Source of the DNA: Rhodospirillaceae bacterium
GTDB taxonomy: Bacteria > Pseudomonadota > Alphaproteobacteria > UBA6615
Direction of reading: 5' to 3'
Length of the DNA: 64,000 nucleotides
NCBI GenBank assembly: GCA_038117265.1
Contig: JAYOFO010000006.1
Span: 1,696-65,695, forward strand
Part shown: one piece after another, positions 9,320 to 19,434 of the stretch
How positions within the stretch are numbered: the stretch's first letter is position 1
How the letters are laid out: each line of letters opens with the position of its first letter
Program-made: the position numbers and the translations under genes
The notes under the pieces: model-generated
What the model saw: the letters and a program-made list of their open reading frames with translations, nothing else
Databases searched by the model: none
Told to the model about the DNA's origin: nothing

Positions 9320-11008
9320 ATGACCAGTGCCCGCACGCTGCCGCCCGATATCGAGATTGCGCGCGCCGCGCAGACGAAGCCGATCGACGAGATCGGCGCA
9401 CGCCTCGGCATTCCGGCAACCCATTTGCATCCCTACGGCTCGAACAAGGCAAAGGTTGATGTCGGGTTCCTGGCCAAGGGCGCGGCGCGCCCGCGCGGCA
9501 AGCTGATCCTGGTTACGGCCATTACCCCGACGCCGGCGGGCGAGGGCAAGACGACCACGACGGTGGGGCTGGGCGACGGGCTGAACCGGATCGGCAAGAA
9601 CGCGCTGATCTGTATCCGCGAACCGTCGCTGGGGCCGTGCTTCGGCATGAAGGGTGGGGCTGCGGGCGGCGGTTACGCGCAGGTCGTGCCCATGGAGGAC
9701 ATCAACCTCCACTTCACCGGCGACATGCACGCGATCGGGGCGGCGCACAACCTGCTGAGCGCGATGGTGGACAACCACGTCCATTGGGACAACGCGCTGG
9801 GGCTCGACCCGCGGCGCATCACCTGGCGGCGGGTGCTGGACATCAACGACCGCGTGCTGCGCAACGTCGTGCTCGGGCTCGGCGGCCCGCCTCACGGCAT
9901 TCCGCGCGAGAGTGGTTTCGACCTGACGGTCGCTTCCGAGGTGATGGCGATCTTCTGCCTCGCGACCTCTCTCGAAGACCTAGAACGAAGACTAGGGGCG
10001 ATCGTCGTCGGCGAGACACGCGACGGCGACGCGGTTCGCGCGCGCGACGTGATGGCCGACGGCGCGATGACCGTCCTGCTCAAGGACGCACTGATGCCGA
10101 ACCTGGTGCAGACCCTCGAGAACAACCCGGCCTTCGTCCATGGCGGGCCGTTCGCGAACATCGCCCATGGTTGCAATTCGGTGATGGCGACCGATACGGC
10201 GTTGCGGCTTGCCGACTATGTGGTGACCGAGGCGGGATTCGGCGCCGACCTGGGCGCGGAGAAGTTCTTCGACATCAAGTGCCGCAAGGCGGGGCTCGAG
10301 CCCGCGGCGGCGGTGATCGTGGCGACCGTCCGCGCGCTGAAGATGCATGGCGGGGTCAAGCTGGAGGATCTCGGGAGCGAGAACGTGGGGGCCGTGACGC
10401 AGGGCCTCGCGAATCTGCGCCGGCACATCGAGAACGTCCGGCGGTTCGGGGTGCCGTGCGTGGTCGCGATCAACCGGTTCACCGCCGACAGCGATGCCGA
10501 GATCGATGCGATCCGCCAGGGTGTCGCCCATCTCGGGGTCGAGACGGTCGAGTGCACCCACTGGGCCGACGGCTCGGCGGGAACCGAAGCGCTGGCCCAT
10601 GCCGTTGCCGCGCTCGCCGACCGCGGCGACGCCGAGTTCCGGACGCTGTATTCCGACGACACCGACCTGTTCGGCAAGATCAACACGATCGCGCGCGACA
10701 TCTACGGTGCGAGCGAGGCGATTGCCGACAAGCGCGTCCGCGATCAGCTTCGCGCCTGGGAGGCGGCGGGGTTCGGCCACCTGCCGGTGTGCATGGCCAA
10801 GACTCAGTACAGCTTCTCGACCGACCCCAACCTGAAGGGCGCGCCGTCGGACCATGTGGTGCCGGTGCGCGAGGTGCGCCTGCAGGCGGGGGCCGAGTTC
10901 GTCGTCGCCATCTGCGGCGACATCATGACCCTCCCGGGCCTGCCGCGCGAACCCGCGGCGAACCGCATTCGCCTCGACGATGACGGGCTGGTCGAGGGTC
11001 TGTTCTAG
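9320..11008 (+). CDS. fhs: Formate--tetrahydrofolate ligase
   Basis: 562 aa. [14 protein letters not shown] nucleotide-binding loop. End-to-end similarity to FTHFS. ATG 9320 is in frame within the 823-aa ORF-track ORF; its N-terminal 261 aa are alternate-frame noise. Confidence 0.9.
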   Translation: MTSARTLPPDIEIARAAQTKPIDEIGARLGIPATHLHPYGSNKAKVDVGFLAKGAARPRGKLILVTAITPTPAGEGKTTTTVGLGDGLNRIGKNALICIREPSLGPCFGMKGGAAGGGYAQVVPMEDINLHFTGDMHAIGAAHNLLSAMVDNHVHWDNALGLDPRRITWRRVLDINDRVLRNVVLGLGGPPHGIPRESGFDLTVASEVMAIFCLATSLEDLERRLGAIVVGETRDGDAVRARDVMADGAMTVLLKDALMPNLVQTLENNPAFVHGGPFANIAHGCNSVMATDTALRLADYVVTEAGFGADLGAEKFFDIKCRKAGLEPAAAVIVATVRALKMHGGVKLEDLGSENVGAVTQGLANLRRHIENVRRFGVPCVVAINRFTADSDAEIDAIRQGVAHLGVETVECTHWADGSAGTEALAHAVAALADRGDAEFRTLYSDDTDLFGKINTIARDIYGASEAIADKRVRDQLRAWEAAGFGHLPVCMAKTQYSFSTDPNLKGAPSDHVVPVREVRLQAGAEFVVAICGDIMTLPGLPREPAANRIRLDDDGLVEGLF

Positions 11009-12213
11009 AAGCCGTACAGGCTGGCGTTCTCCTGCGAGGCGATTGCGCGTACGGCCCGCAGCAGGCAGAGCTGGTTGGTGCCGTCGGAATGCAGGAAGCT
11101 GGTGGCGTCGCGCAGATACTTCTCGACGGGGTGCTCGTACATGATGCTGGCACCGCCCAGGACTTCGGCGGCCAGCCGGCAGCTTTCGAACGCGGCTTCG
11201 GATGCGTTCACCTTGGCCAGCAGACCGTGGACCCGTGCGTCGGGGTGGTGACGGTCGGCGAGCCACGCCGCCTTCCAGATCTGCAGCCGCGCCGCGTCGA
11301 GCAGCATCGCCATGCGTCCGAGCAGCAACGCTACCGCCTGGTGCTCGATGATCGGCTTGCCGCCCTGGACCCGTTTCTTGGCATGGTCGAGCGCGTACTC
11401 GTAGGCCGCACGGCCGACACCGAGCACGGTCGCTGCCGCCTCGGCCTTGCTGCCGGGCAGGTACTTGCTCCGCAACTCCGCCAGCATGCCTTCGCCGACG
11501 AGAAGGTTGGTGGCCGGCACGCGGCAATCCTCGAGATGGAACGTGCCGTTGGTGGCGAGCCGCTGGCTGCCCTTCTCGTGGAAGAAACCGACCCGGAAGC
11601 CCGGCGTGTCGTGGGGAACGACGAACACCGCGCCTCCCTCGCTCAGCGTGGCGTCCATGTCGGTGCGCGCGACGATGAAATAGAGCTTCGCCATCGAACC
11701 GTTGGAGATGTAGCGCTTGGTGCCGTTGAGGATGTAGTCGTCGCCATCGCGGACGGCCGACATGCGCATGTTGATGTCGGGCGAATCGTAGTAGCCCTGA
11801 TGGTCGGAGCCGACACCCTCCTCGGTGATGCCGATTGCCGTGGTCGATTCGGGATCGGCGACGAAGGCCGGGATGAACCGCGCCTGCTGCTCCGGCGTCA
11901 TCGCATCGGCGAACAGGTGGGCGCATTTCCAGCACTGGTCCATGATCACCGCGAAGCCGAGATCGCCGACGCCGAGCTCCTCGCCGACCACACACATGGT
12001 CATGATGTCGGCGCCGGCGCCGCCAAACTTCTCAGGGACACCGAGGGTGCGCAGGCCCAGCGCGTCGGCCTCGCGAATCCAGTCCCACGGAATGCGCTCT
12101 TCGGCCGTCGGCAGGCGGTCGCGGCGCTGGGCGTCAGGCTTGATCACGTTCTCGGTGAAGTCCCGCGCGATGTCGCGCCAGCGCAGCTGGTCGTCGGTGA
12201 TCTGGAAATCCAT
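11005..12213 (-). CDS. Acyl-CoA dehydrogenase
   Basis: 402 aa starting [24 protein letters not shown]-, middle- and C-domain signatures ([10 protein letters not shown], YISNGS, catalytic-base region). ORF-track 11005..13086 trimmed. Stop overlaps the fhs stop by 4 nt (convergent). Confidence 0.85.
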   Translation of the reverse strand: MDFQITDDQLRWRDIARDFTENVIKPDAQRRDRLPTAEERIPWDWIREADALGLRTLGVPEKFGGAGADIMTMCVVGEELGVGDLGFAVIMDQCWKCAHLFADAMTPEQQARFIPAFVADPESTTAIGITEEGVGSDHQGYYDSPDINMRMSAVRDGDDYILNGTKRYISNGSMAKLYFIVARTDMDATLSEGGAVFVVPHDTPGFRVGFFHEKGSQRLATNGTFHLEDCRVPATNLLVGEGMLAELRSKYLPGSKAEAAATVLGVGRAAYEYALDHAKKRVQGGKPIIEHQAVALLLGRMAMLLDAARLQIWKAAWLADRHHPDARVHGLLAKVNASEAAFESCRLAAEVLGGASIMYEHPVEKYLRDATSFLHSDGTNQLCLLRAVRAIASQENASLYGF

Positions 12214-12366
12214 GCTGTTCCCCCTGTTTGTCCGGCCGGCATCGGCGACGCGGCTATCATCCGGCAAGCGCGGAAGGGACGCAATTGATGGGGGGGAGAT
12301 GGACTCCGCGGCCGTTTCGCGCGAGGTTTGGCGAATAGCAACGAACGCCAGCGGGAGAGGTTCGGC

Positions 12367-13203
12367 ATGGTCGAACGCGCACATTTCACCCATATCGACG
12401 AGGTCACGCCCGAGAACATGGACAAGGGCGATGGCTGGTTCATCACCGAGTTCCGGCTGCCCTTCAGCGGGCGCGAAGGCAGCGCGACGACCATGTTCCA
12501 CGCGCGTTTCATGCCCGGAGCCATTCACAAGAAGCACCGGCACGAGAATTGCGAAGAGATCTATTTCATCGTCTCGGGCCACGGCATCGCCGGTGCGGGC
12601 GGCGCGACCGAAGAGGTGCGTCCAGGCCACTTCCACTATGTGCCGGCCGACACCGAGCACTGGCTGATCAATCTCGACGAAAACGAGCCGATCGAGGTGG
12701 TGGGCTGGTATCTCGGGGCGGGCAGCGTCGTGGAGACCGGCTATGCCTATATGGGCGACGTGACGGATGCGGACGCCCACGGCCCTCACAGCGGCTATGA
12801 CGTGGGTGCGCTGTCGCATTACGAAGATGCGGCAGCCGAGGCGGGAGACGCCGGCGCCGGCTGGGCGATGTCCGAGTTCCGCACCGGTCTCGGCGAGCGC
12901 CAGGGCATCGGCCATACGGCGTGGCGCAGCGTCATCGCAAAGGGCGAGGCCCACAAGGTCCACCGCAACGCCAATGCGGACACCTTCGTGTTCGTCGTTT
13001 CGGGCGCCGGGCGCGCGGGTGTCGGCGAGGAGGTTGTCGACGTGCGGTCGGGAAGCTGCATCCATGTGCCGGCCGGCGCGGCCCACTGGCTTGAGGGGGG
13101 CTCTGCCGAGCCGCTCGTTGCCGTCGGCCTGTATGACGGTGCGGGCTCGGTTGTGGCCAGCGGCTACGAGTTCCTCGGCGAGGTGCCCGCGGCGGCAGAG
13201 TGA
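12367..13203 (+). CDS. Bicupin metalloprotein (two cupin-2 barrels; dioxygenase-like)
   Basis: Two copies of the cupin motifs. Barrel 1: HKKHRHENCEEIYFIVSGHG and HYVPADTEHW. Barrel 2: HKVHRNANADTFVFVVSGAG and HVPAGAAHW. Start MVERAHF at 12367 (in-frame M14 of the ORF-track ORF). Confidence 0.6.
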   Translation: MVERAHFTHIDEVTPENMDKGDGWFITEFRLPFSGREGSATTMFHARFMPGAIHKKHRHENCEEIYFIVSGHGIAGAGGATEEVRPGHFHYVPADTEHWLINLDENEPIEVVGWYLGAGSVVETGYAYMGDVTDADAHGPHSGYDVGALSHYEDAAAEAGDAGAGWAMSEFRTGLGERQGIGHTAWRSVIAKGEAHKVHRNANADTFVFVVSGAGRAGVGEEVVDVRSGSCIHVPAGAAHWLEGGSAEPLVAVGLYDGAGSVVASGYEFLGEVPAAAE

Positions 13204-13221
13204 CCCCTCGTCGGGATTGCT

Positions 13222-14034
13222 TCAGTCCAGATCGCGGAACGGCGCCTCGCGCTCGTCCAGGAATTCGCGCAAGGGCTTTTCCTTGAGCTTGCGCATCCAT
13301 TCGCGCCCGTGCGGCGAGGCGTGCAGGGTCGAGATCGTCTCGACATTGTAGCGCCACGAGCTCGTGAGGCCCGCCGTCTCTTGGTAGTGGTTGAGCGAGG
13401 CTTTGGCGAACTTGATTGCCGGCCCCGGCATTCGGGCGAGCTTGCGCGCCAGCCGGCGCGCCTCGTCCATCAGCCGGTCAGCCGGGACGGCCCGGTTGAC
13501 CAGGTGGATGCGCTCGGCCTCGCGGCCGTCGATCATGTCGCCGGTGTACATCAGCCAGCGCACGTGCCGGATCGGCACGGTCCAGGGCATCATTAGTGAG
13601 GGCGGCCCCGAGGCGTGCCGCACCTCGGGCTCTCCGAGCATCGCGTCTTCCGCCGCGATGGCGAGGTCGCAGCACATGGCAAGCTCGAGGCCGCCGGCGA
13701 GCGCGTAGCCGTTGATCGCGGCGATGACTGGTACCTCGGAATCCCAGATCGTGCGCAGGCGTTCGCAGTTCGCCGACATGTCGGTGCGCCAGCCCTCGGT
13801 GTCCATCTCGAAATCGTCGCTGATCAGGTCGAAGCCCGTGGTGAAGGCGCGTCCTGCGCCGGTCAGGATCAGGGCCCGGATGTTCGGATCGGCCTGCGCG
13901 TCGCGGACGGCCGCGTCGATGGCGTCGAGCAGGTCGAGGTCGAGCGCGTTCAACTTGTCCGGCCGGTTCATGATGAGGGTCGCGAACGCGTCGTCAGGGT
14001 CGCGCTCGATGAGGAGTACGGGGGCGTCGCTCAT
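13222..14034 (-). CDS. Enoyl-CoA hydratase/isomerase (crotonase) family protein
   Basis: 270 aa. Crotonase fold signatures (ALILTGAGRAFTTGFDL, AAINGYALAGGLELAMCCD). ATG overlaps the stop of the upstream CoA ligase (ATGA, 14031-14034). Confidence 0.8.
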   Translation of the reverse strand: MSDAPVLLIERDPDDAFATLIMNRPDKLNALDLDLLDAIDAAVRDAQADPNIRALILTGAGRAFTTGFDLISDDFEMDTEGWRTDMSANCERLRTIWDSEVPVIAAINGYALAGGLELAMCCDLAIAAEDAMLGEPEVRHASGPPSLMMPWTVPIRHVRWLMYTGDMIDGREAERIHLVNRAVPADRLMDEARRLARKLARMPGPAIKFAKASLNHYQETAGLTSSWRYNVETISTLHASPHGREWMRKLKEKPLREFLDEREAPFRDLD

Positions 14035-15803
14035 GTGCCGGTTTCCTTCTTGGTTTCGGCGCCGTCATGCGCTTCGGGACAGAGGATGTCGGGGTCGGGC
14101 GGTTCGCGATAGAGTCGCTCCACCAGGTCTGCCCGGTTGGCCAGGCAGCGCGCCTGGACCAGGTGGCCCTTGTCGTTGATCTCGCCCGCCGACCGGTCGG
14201 GTGGCACGTCCGTCAGCACGGCGCGGTAGATGGCGGTGGTGCTGCCGGGGTGCGCGGCGTTGTGGGTTTCCAGGGCCCGTTTCAGCCGCGTCGCGATCCC
14301 GTCGCGGGGCGCGTCGGGAGTGGGAAACAGGATGAGCGCGATCCGGTCGTGACCGGCACCCGCGATGGCCACATCCTGGAGGTCGGGGGCGCACGCGGCG
14401 AGGAGCGCGTGACGCAGCGCGCCCGTCTTCACCCGGCTGCCATTGGTGAGCTTGAAGTCCTCGGCCAGCCGGCCGTCGAAGGAGAGCCCGCGCTCGGGGG
14501 TGCCGGCATGGGTCGCGCGTCCGAGGTCGCCGGTCCGCAGGAAGCCGTCTTCGTCGAGCGGCAGCGGGAACGGCCCGTCCGGACCCAGATAACGGGGCGC
14601 GACATTCGGGCCGCGGAAGCGGATTTCGTGCGCGTCATCGACCGGTGCGAGGCACAGCGCATGGCCGGGCAGCGGCAGCCCGATCTCGGCCGTATCACGC
14701 GCCGCCTCGAATCCGAGGCACATGGTCGATCCAGCCTCGGTCGAACCGTAGCCGGACAGCACCAACGGCGGCCCGGCGGGCCCGTGCGGGCCGGCCGTGA
14801 CGGCGTCCTGCAGCCGCTCCCAGGTCCGTGCGCCCATGCCCGCACCCGCGAAGAAGACCAGGTCGAGCCGGTCGAACAGCGCCGCCCGCGTTTCGGGGTC
14901 GGTGTCGAGATGGTCGAGCAGCAGGTCGATGCCGTAGGGAACGTTGATGTGAATGGTCGGGCGAACCGTGCGGATGCGCGCGGCCATTGCGTCGATGTTC
15001 TCGGGTCCGGGCGGCGTCTCGACGTGGTAGGCGCCGCCGTTCCAGATCATCTTGTGGAAATTGTCGAGGCCGCCGAACACGTGGTGCCAGGGCAGCCAGT
15101 CGATCAGCGCCGGGCGATGATCGGCAAGGAACGGCCAGTGTGCGGCATAGGCGGCCTGGCACGACGCGATCATGCGGCGCGTGACGGCCACGCCCTTCGG
15201 TTCGCCCGTCGAGCCGGAGGTGAAGTAGATCGCAGCGAGGTCTTCGGGCCGGGTGACCTGGCGTGCGAAACCTGTGTCGTTGCCCATCGCGGACTCGATG
15301 GCATCGCGATCCAGGCGGCTGGGAACAAGCGAAGCGAGCGCCCCAGGCAGGTCGCCCGTCAGATCGATGAGGCATGATGGCTGCGCGCCCGCGAGCATCG
15401 CGGCGAGGCGGCCCCGGCCGTGTTCGGATGCCAGCAGTGCGGGAGACAGCGGCGCGTGTGCGATCCCGGCCTTCAGAGCCGCGAGCTTTACCGCGGCATG
15501 GGTGACGCTCGCACCGCCGACGACCGCGATCGTGCTCGATTTCGTGAGCCCTTTCGTGCGGAGGAAAGCGGCAAGCGCGTCGGACATGCGGTCGATCGCG
15601 CCATAACCAATCGTCAGGACCTCCTCGCCGCGACGCTCGCTCACGAACGGCGCATCGGGTGCATCCGCCACCCAGCGGTCAAAGCGGTCGAGGACATCGG
15701 GAAGCGGATCGGGAAGCGGTGTCCGGTTGTGCAGGACGATCGCACCGTCGGGCCGGTCTTCGCGGACGATGTCGGGCACGGAAAGGCGAGGGTCCGGGGT
15801 CAC
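14031..15803 (-). CDS. AMP-dependent acyl/aryl-CoA synthetase (feruloyl/acyl-CoA ligase-like)
   Basis: 590 aa. AMP-binding motif IYFTSGSTGEPKGV. GYGSTE and C-terminal lysine region. GTG start codon at 15803 (ORF track renders it as M). Confidence 0.75.
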   Translation of the reverse strand: MTPDPRLSVPDIVREDRPDGAIVLHNRTPLPDPLPDVLDRFDRWVADAPDAPFVSERRGEEVLTIGYGAIDRMSDALAAFLRTKGLTKSSTIAVVGGASVTHAAVKLAALKAGIAHAPLSPALLASEHGRGRLAAMLAGAQPSCLIDLTGDLPGALASLVPSRLDRDAIESAMGNDTGFARQVTRPEDLAAIYFTSGSTGEPKGVAVTRRMIASCQAAYAAHWPFLADHRPALIDWLPWHHVFGGLDNFHKMIWNGGAYHVETPPGPENIDAMAARIRTVRPTIHINVPYGIDLLLDHLDTDPETRAALFDRLDLVFFAGAGMGARTWERLQDAVTAGPHGPAGPPLVLSGYGSTEAGSTMCLGFEAARDTAEIGLPLPGHALCLAPVDDAHEIRFRGPNVAPRYLGPDGPFPLPLDEDGFLRTGDLGRATHAGTPERGLSFDGRLAEDFKLTNGSRVKTGALRHALLAACAPDLQDVAIAGAGHDRIALILFPTPDAPRDGIATRLKRALETHNAAHPGSTTAIYRAVLTDVPPDRSAGEINDKGHLVQARCLANRADLVERLYREPPDPDILCPEAHDGAETKKETGT

Positions 15804-15948
15804 GTGAATGTCCTTCGGGAACCGGGCGGGGCACGTCCCGCGAGCATGGCAGACCCCGGATCGTGCAGCAAACCGGGTATGGACACTCGCCTTTTGCGGC
15901 CCAAGCGGGTTAGATCAGGAACGCTTCGCTGTACCGGTAAACCGTTCC

Positions 15949-16578
15949 ATGACCCCTCGGCAACATGTCTCCGACCATCCGCTGATACGGCACAAGATAT
16001 CGGTGCTGCGTGACAAGGCCACGCCATCCATCCTGTTCCGGATGCTGGTGCGCGAGATCGCACAACTGATGCTCTACGAGCCGACCCGCGATCTCATGCT
16101 GGTCGAACGCGACATCGAGACACCGGTCGCGCCGACACGCGCCCTGTTCCTCGCCAAGCCTTTGCCGGTGCTCGTCTCGATCATGCGGGCCGGCAATGTG
16201 ATGCTCGATGCTGCGCTCGAAATACTGCCGACCGCCGGGGTCGCCCATATCGGCATCTACCGCGATCACCAGACCCTCGAGGCGGTCGAGTACTACTACA
16301 ACGGCCCGCCCGACATCGCCGAACGCCCGGTTCTGATCGTCGATCCGATGCTGGCGACGGCGAATTCCTCGATCGCGGCGATCTCCCAGCTCAAGGGACG
16401 CGGCGTGCGCGACATCAAGCTGATCTCGATCCTCGCGGCACCCGAAGGGCTGACCGCGCTGGCGGACGCGCACCCGGATGTCGAAGTGTTTGTCGGGACG
16501 GTCGACGCGCACCTCAACGACAAGGGCTACATCGTGCCTGGCCTCGGCGATGCCGGCGATCGCAGCTATGCCACCTGA
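15949..16578 (+). CDS. upp: Uracil phosphoribosyltransferase
   Basis: 209 aa colinear with E. coli Upp. PRPP-binding loop VLIVDPMLATANS. C-terminal YIVPGLGDAGDR. ATG 15949 is in-frame M48 of the ORF-track ORF 15808..16578. Confidence 0.9.
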   Translation: MTPRQHVSDHPLIRHKISVLRDKATPSILFRMLVREIAQLMLYEPTRDLMLVERDIETPVAPTRALFLAKPLPVLVSIMRAGNVMLDAALEILPTAGVAHIGIYRDHQTLEAVEYYYNGPPDIAERPVLIVDPMLATANSSIAAISQLKGRGVRDIKLISILAAPEGLTALADAHPDVEVFVGTVDAHLNDKGYIVPGLGDAGDRSYAT

Positions 16579-16653
16579 GATCGGTACGCGGCCGGCACGT
16601 TGACATCGACGGGCCGATTGGCAACGCTCAACCCTGGATTGGAGGCTGCTCGA

Positions 16654-17283
16654 ATGGCCCATGACCACGACCACGGTGACGGCCACCCACACGCGTTGCT
16701 GCCGCCCGAACCGGCCCTGCGCGTGCGCGCGATCGAGACGCTGCTCGTCGAGAAGGGGCTCGTCGATCCCGCCGCGATCGATGCGGTCATCGACACCTTT
16801 TCGAACCGCATAGGTCCGCAGAACGGTGCCCGGGTCGTGGCGCGCGCCTGGTCCGATCCGGCCTATCTGGAACGTCTGCGCGCCGACGCGACGGTTGCGA
16901 TCGCCGAACTCGGCTTCTCGGGCATGCAGGGCGAGCACATGGTCGTGGTCGAGAACAGCGAGGCGGTCCACAATCTCGTCGTCTGTACCCTGTGCTCCTG
17001 CTACCCGTGGCCCGTCCTGGGCGTGCCGCCCGTTTGGTACAAATCGAGCGAATACCGGGCACGTGCCGTGCGCGATCCGCGCGGCGTGCTCGCCGATTTC
17101 GGCGTGACCCTGCCGGCGGAGACCAAGATTCGGATCTGGGATTCGACCGCCGAGATTCGCTACCTGGTCATTCCCCGACGCCCGGCGGGTACGGACGGCC
17201 TGTCCGAGGACGAGCTGGCTGCGCTGGTCAGCCGGGATTCGATGATCGGTACGGGGTTCGCGATTTCGCCAGGGGGTGCCTGA
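16654..17283 (+). CDS. nthA: Nitrile hydratase alpha subunit, cobalt type
   Basis: [14 protein letters not shown] metal-binding motif; Thr and Tyr in CTLCSCY indicate Co-type rather than Fe-type (CSLCSCT). Colinear with Pseudonocardia/Rhodococcus NHase alpha. Unusual His/Asp-rich N-terminus [13 protein letters not shown]. Confidence 0.9.
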   Translation: MAHDHDHGDGHPHALLPPEPALRVRAIETLLVEKGLVDPAAIDAVIDTFSNRIGPQNGARVVARAWSDPAYLERLRADATVAIAELGFSGMQGEHMVVVENSEAVHNLVVCTLCSCYPWPVLGVPPVWYKSSEYRARAVRDPRGVLADFGVTLPAETKIRIWDSTAEIRYLVIPRRPAGTDGLSEDELAALVSRDSMIGTGFAISPGGA

Positions 17284-17945
17284 TGGACGGCGTCCACGAT
17301 CTTGGCGGATTGGAGGGGTTCGGGCCGGTGCCGGTCGAAGCGGACGAGCCGGTGTTCCATCACGATTGGGAAGGCCGGATGTTCGCGACCCGCCTGCTGA
17401 TGGGGTTCTGGCGAAAGTGGAACATCGATGCGGGCCGGCATTCGCTCGAGCGGCTGCCGCCGGCCGACTACCTATCCATGACCTATTACGAGAAGTGGGC
17501 AGCGAGCGTCGTGGCACTCTCGCTCGCGGCCGGGCTGATCACCCGCGACGAGCTTGTTGCCGGCCACCCGGCCGCGGGGGCCGCGAAGGCCACGCCCCCG
17601 GTCGACGCCGACGGCTTCCTGTCGTTCCTGCCAAAGGGGCGGCCGAGCGCGCGCGACGTCAACGCGCTGCCGGCTTTCGCGGTGGGCGACTGGGTGCGCA
17701 CGGCACGGCACGGTCATTCCGGACACACGCGCTTGCCGCGCTACTTGCGCGACTGCGAGGGGGAGATCGTTCTGCACCATGGCGCGCACGTCTTTCCCGA
17801 TGTTGCGGTGACCCTGACCGGCGAAGCGCCGCAGCACCTTTACGCGGTGCGCTTTGCGGCGCGCGATTTGTGGGGTGAGGATGCCGAGGCGGGCCACAGC
17901 GTTACCGCCGATCTTTGGGAGAGCTATCTTGCACCCGCCCGATGA
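17283..17945 (+). CDS. nthB: Nitrile hydratase beta subunit
   Basis: 220 aa starting [17 protein letters not shown] (canonical NHase beta N-terminus). ATG overlaps the nthA stop (TGATG). Confidence 0.85.
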   Translation: MDGVHDLGGLEGFGPVPVEADEPVFHHDWEGRMFATRLLMGFWRKWNIDAGRHSLERLPPADYLSMTYYEKWAASVVALSLAAGLITRDELVAGHPAAGAAKATPPVDADGFLSFLPKGRPSARDVNALPAFAVGDWVRTARHGHSGHTRLPRYLRDCEGEIVLHHGAHVFPDVAVTLTGEAPQHLYAVRFAARDLWGEDAEAGHSVTADLWESYLAPAR

Positions 17946-18261
17946 GCCGGAACGGCCCTTCGCGGAGCCGTGGCACGCCGAACTGTTCGCCACGACCCAT
18001 GCGCTGGCGGCGGCCGGCCTGTTCGACTGGCCGGAATGGGCCGCCCGGTTTTCGGCGGCGCTGGCACAGGCCGATGCCGATGGCGGGCCGCAGGACGGGT
18101 CCAACTATTACGACGTCTGGCTTGCCGCATTCGAGGCGTTTCTCGTCGAGCGTGGTCTGACAGATGCGGGCCGGATCGATGCGCTACGCGACGCCTGGGC
18201 GCGGGCGTATCTCTCGACACCCCACGGGGCGCCGGTCTCGCTCGCCGGCGACACCCGCTAG
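17881..18261 (+). CDS. Nitrile hydratase accessory/activator protein (beta-homologue, self-subunit-swapping chaperone type)
   Basis: About 126 aa, beta-subunit-like (PWHAELFATTHALAAAGLFDWPEWAARFSAAL...YYDVWLAAFEAFLVERGL). Start uncertain: ATG 17881 overlaps nthB by 65 nt; a TTG at about 17929 is the alternative. Confidence 0.6.
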   Translation: MPRRATALPPIFGRAILHPPDEPERPFAEPWHAELFATTHALAAAGLFDWPEWAARFSAALAQADADGGPQDGSNYYDVWLAAFEAFLVERGLTDAGRIDALRDAWARAYLSTPHGAPVSLAGDTR

Positions 18262-18267
18262 CGCGGA

Positions 18268-19347
18268 TCAGTCCAGCGTATAGCTCTTCAGCGCGTCGGC
18301 GCTGAATTCCATCCCGTGTCCCGGACGGTCGGGCGGCGCCATGTGGCCGTCGACGATTTCCGGCCCATACTCCCACAGATTGTCCGGGGCACCGGCGAGG
18401 ACTTCGACCAGCGCGGCGTTGGGGATCGAGACCAGGACCTGGATCGACAGTTCCGGCACCAGGTGCGGGGCGATCATGACGTCATAGGCTGCCGCGAGAT
18501 GCGAGATCTGCATCATCTGGGAGAAGCCGCCGCAGCGGTGGATGTCCGGGTTCAGGTACTGGGCGGCGCCTGCCGCGATCAGATCGCGGAACCCGTAGCG
18601 TGTGTACTCGTTTTCGCCCGTCGCGATGGGGATTGTCGTTGCCGCGGCGACCTGGGCGCACTGGTCGATATTGTCGGCCAGCACCGGTTCCTCGTACCAG
18701 TAGAGGTCGTAATCCTCGAGCATCTGGGCAACGCGGATGTTGGTCGCGACGTCCCAGCGCTGGTTGGCGTCGACAAGGATCGCCATGTCGGGCCCGAGAG
18801 CCTCGCGTACCAGGCGTACGCGCTCGATATTCTCGCGCACGTCGGGACGGCCGAGCTTGAACTTGTAGTGCCGGCACCCCTGCGCACGGAACCCCTCTGC
18901 CTCGGCGACGATTTCGTCAACCGCGTAGGAAAGGAACCCGCCACTGCCATAGACGGGGATGTGTTCGGCATGGGCGCCGAAGAGCTGCCAGACGGGCTTG
19001 TCCACAGACTTGCCGAGGATGTCCCAGAGCCCGATGTCGATCGCGCTCATGGCGTAGACCGGGATGCCCTTCTTGCGCAGGCCGCGGTCGTTCTCGTACA
19101 TCGCCTCCCAGATTTCACCGATCATCGTCGGGTCGCGCCCGACGATCAGCGGCACGATGCTGTCCTCGAGATATGCGCGCACCGAACTTGCGCCCATGCC
19201 GCCGACCAGCATGGTGTAGCCGAGACCCTCGATGCCAGCGTCGGTCTGGATGCGCGCGACCACATAGGTGTTCTTGGCATAGTAGGTGTTGACCGGCGGC
19301 CCGTTCGGGACATCCATCGTCGACACGTCGATTCCGGTGATCTTCAT
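18268..19347 (-). CDS. Enolase-superfamily enzyme, mandelate racemase / muconate lactonizing enzyme (acid-sugar dehydratase-like)
   Basis: 359 aa. MR/MLE N-terminal capping domain. Barrel metal ligands (KFKLG..., ILVDANQRWD, EEP, GENE). Confidence 0.8.
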   Translation of the reverse strand: MKITGIDVSTMDVPNGPPVNTYYAKNTYVVARIQTDAGIEGLGYTMLVGGMGASSVRAYLEDSIVPLIVGRDPTMIGEIWEAMYENDRGLRKKGIPVYAMSAIDIGLWDILGKSVDKPVWQLFGAHAEHIPVYGSGGFLSYAVDEIVAEAEGFRAQGCRHYKFKLGRPDVRENIERVRLVREALGPDMAILVDANQRWDVATNIRVAQMLEDYDLYWYEEPVLADNIDQCAQVAAATTIPIATGENEYTRYGFRDLIAAGAAQYLNPDIHRCGGFSQMMQISHLAAAYDVMIAPHLVPELSIQVLVSIPNAALVEVLAGAPDNLWEYGPEIVDGHMAPPDRPGHGMEFSADALKSYTLD

Positions 19348-19434
19348 GGTGCGTTTCCCCCCGCGGTTTCGAGCGGTACGCTAGGACAATAACGCCACGG
19401 GGCAAAGCGCTTCACATGCGGAGAGGAACACGTG

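Noticed and set aside
9992-11995. 667-aa minus-strand ORF
   Set aside because: Antisense to fhs and overlapping the real ACAD gene in another frame.
16600-18261. Thiocyanate hydrolase instead of nitrile hydratase
   Set aside because: SCNase gamma has CSLCSC-type Fe/Co sites and is paired with two short beta-derived subunits. Here a full-length 220-aa NHase beta with the canonical [10 protein letters not shown]-terminus and a Co-type CTLCSCY alpha are present.
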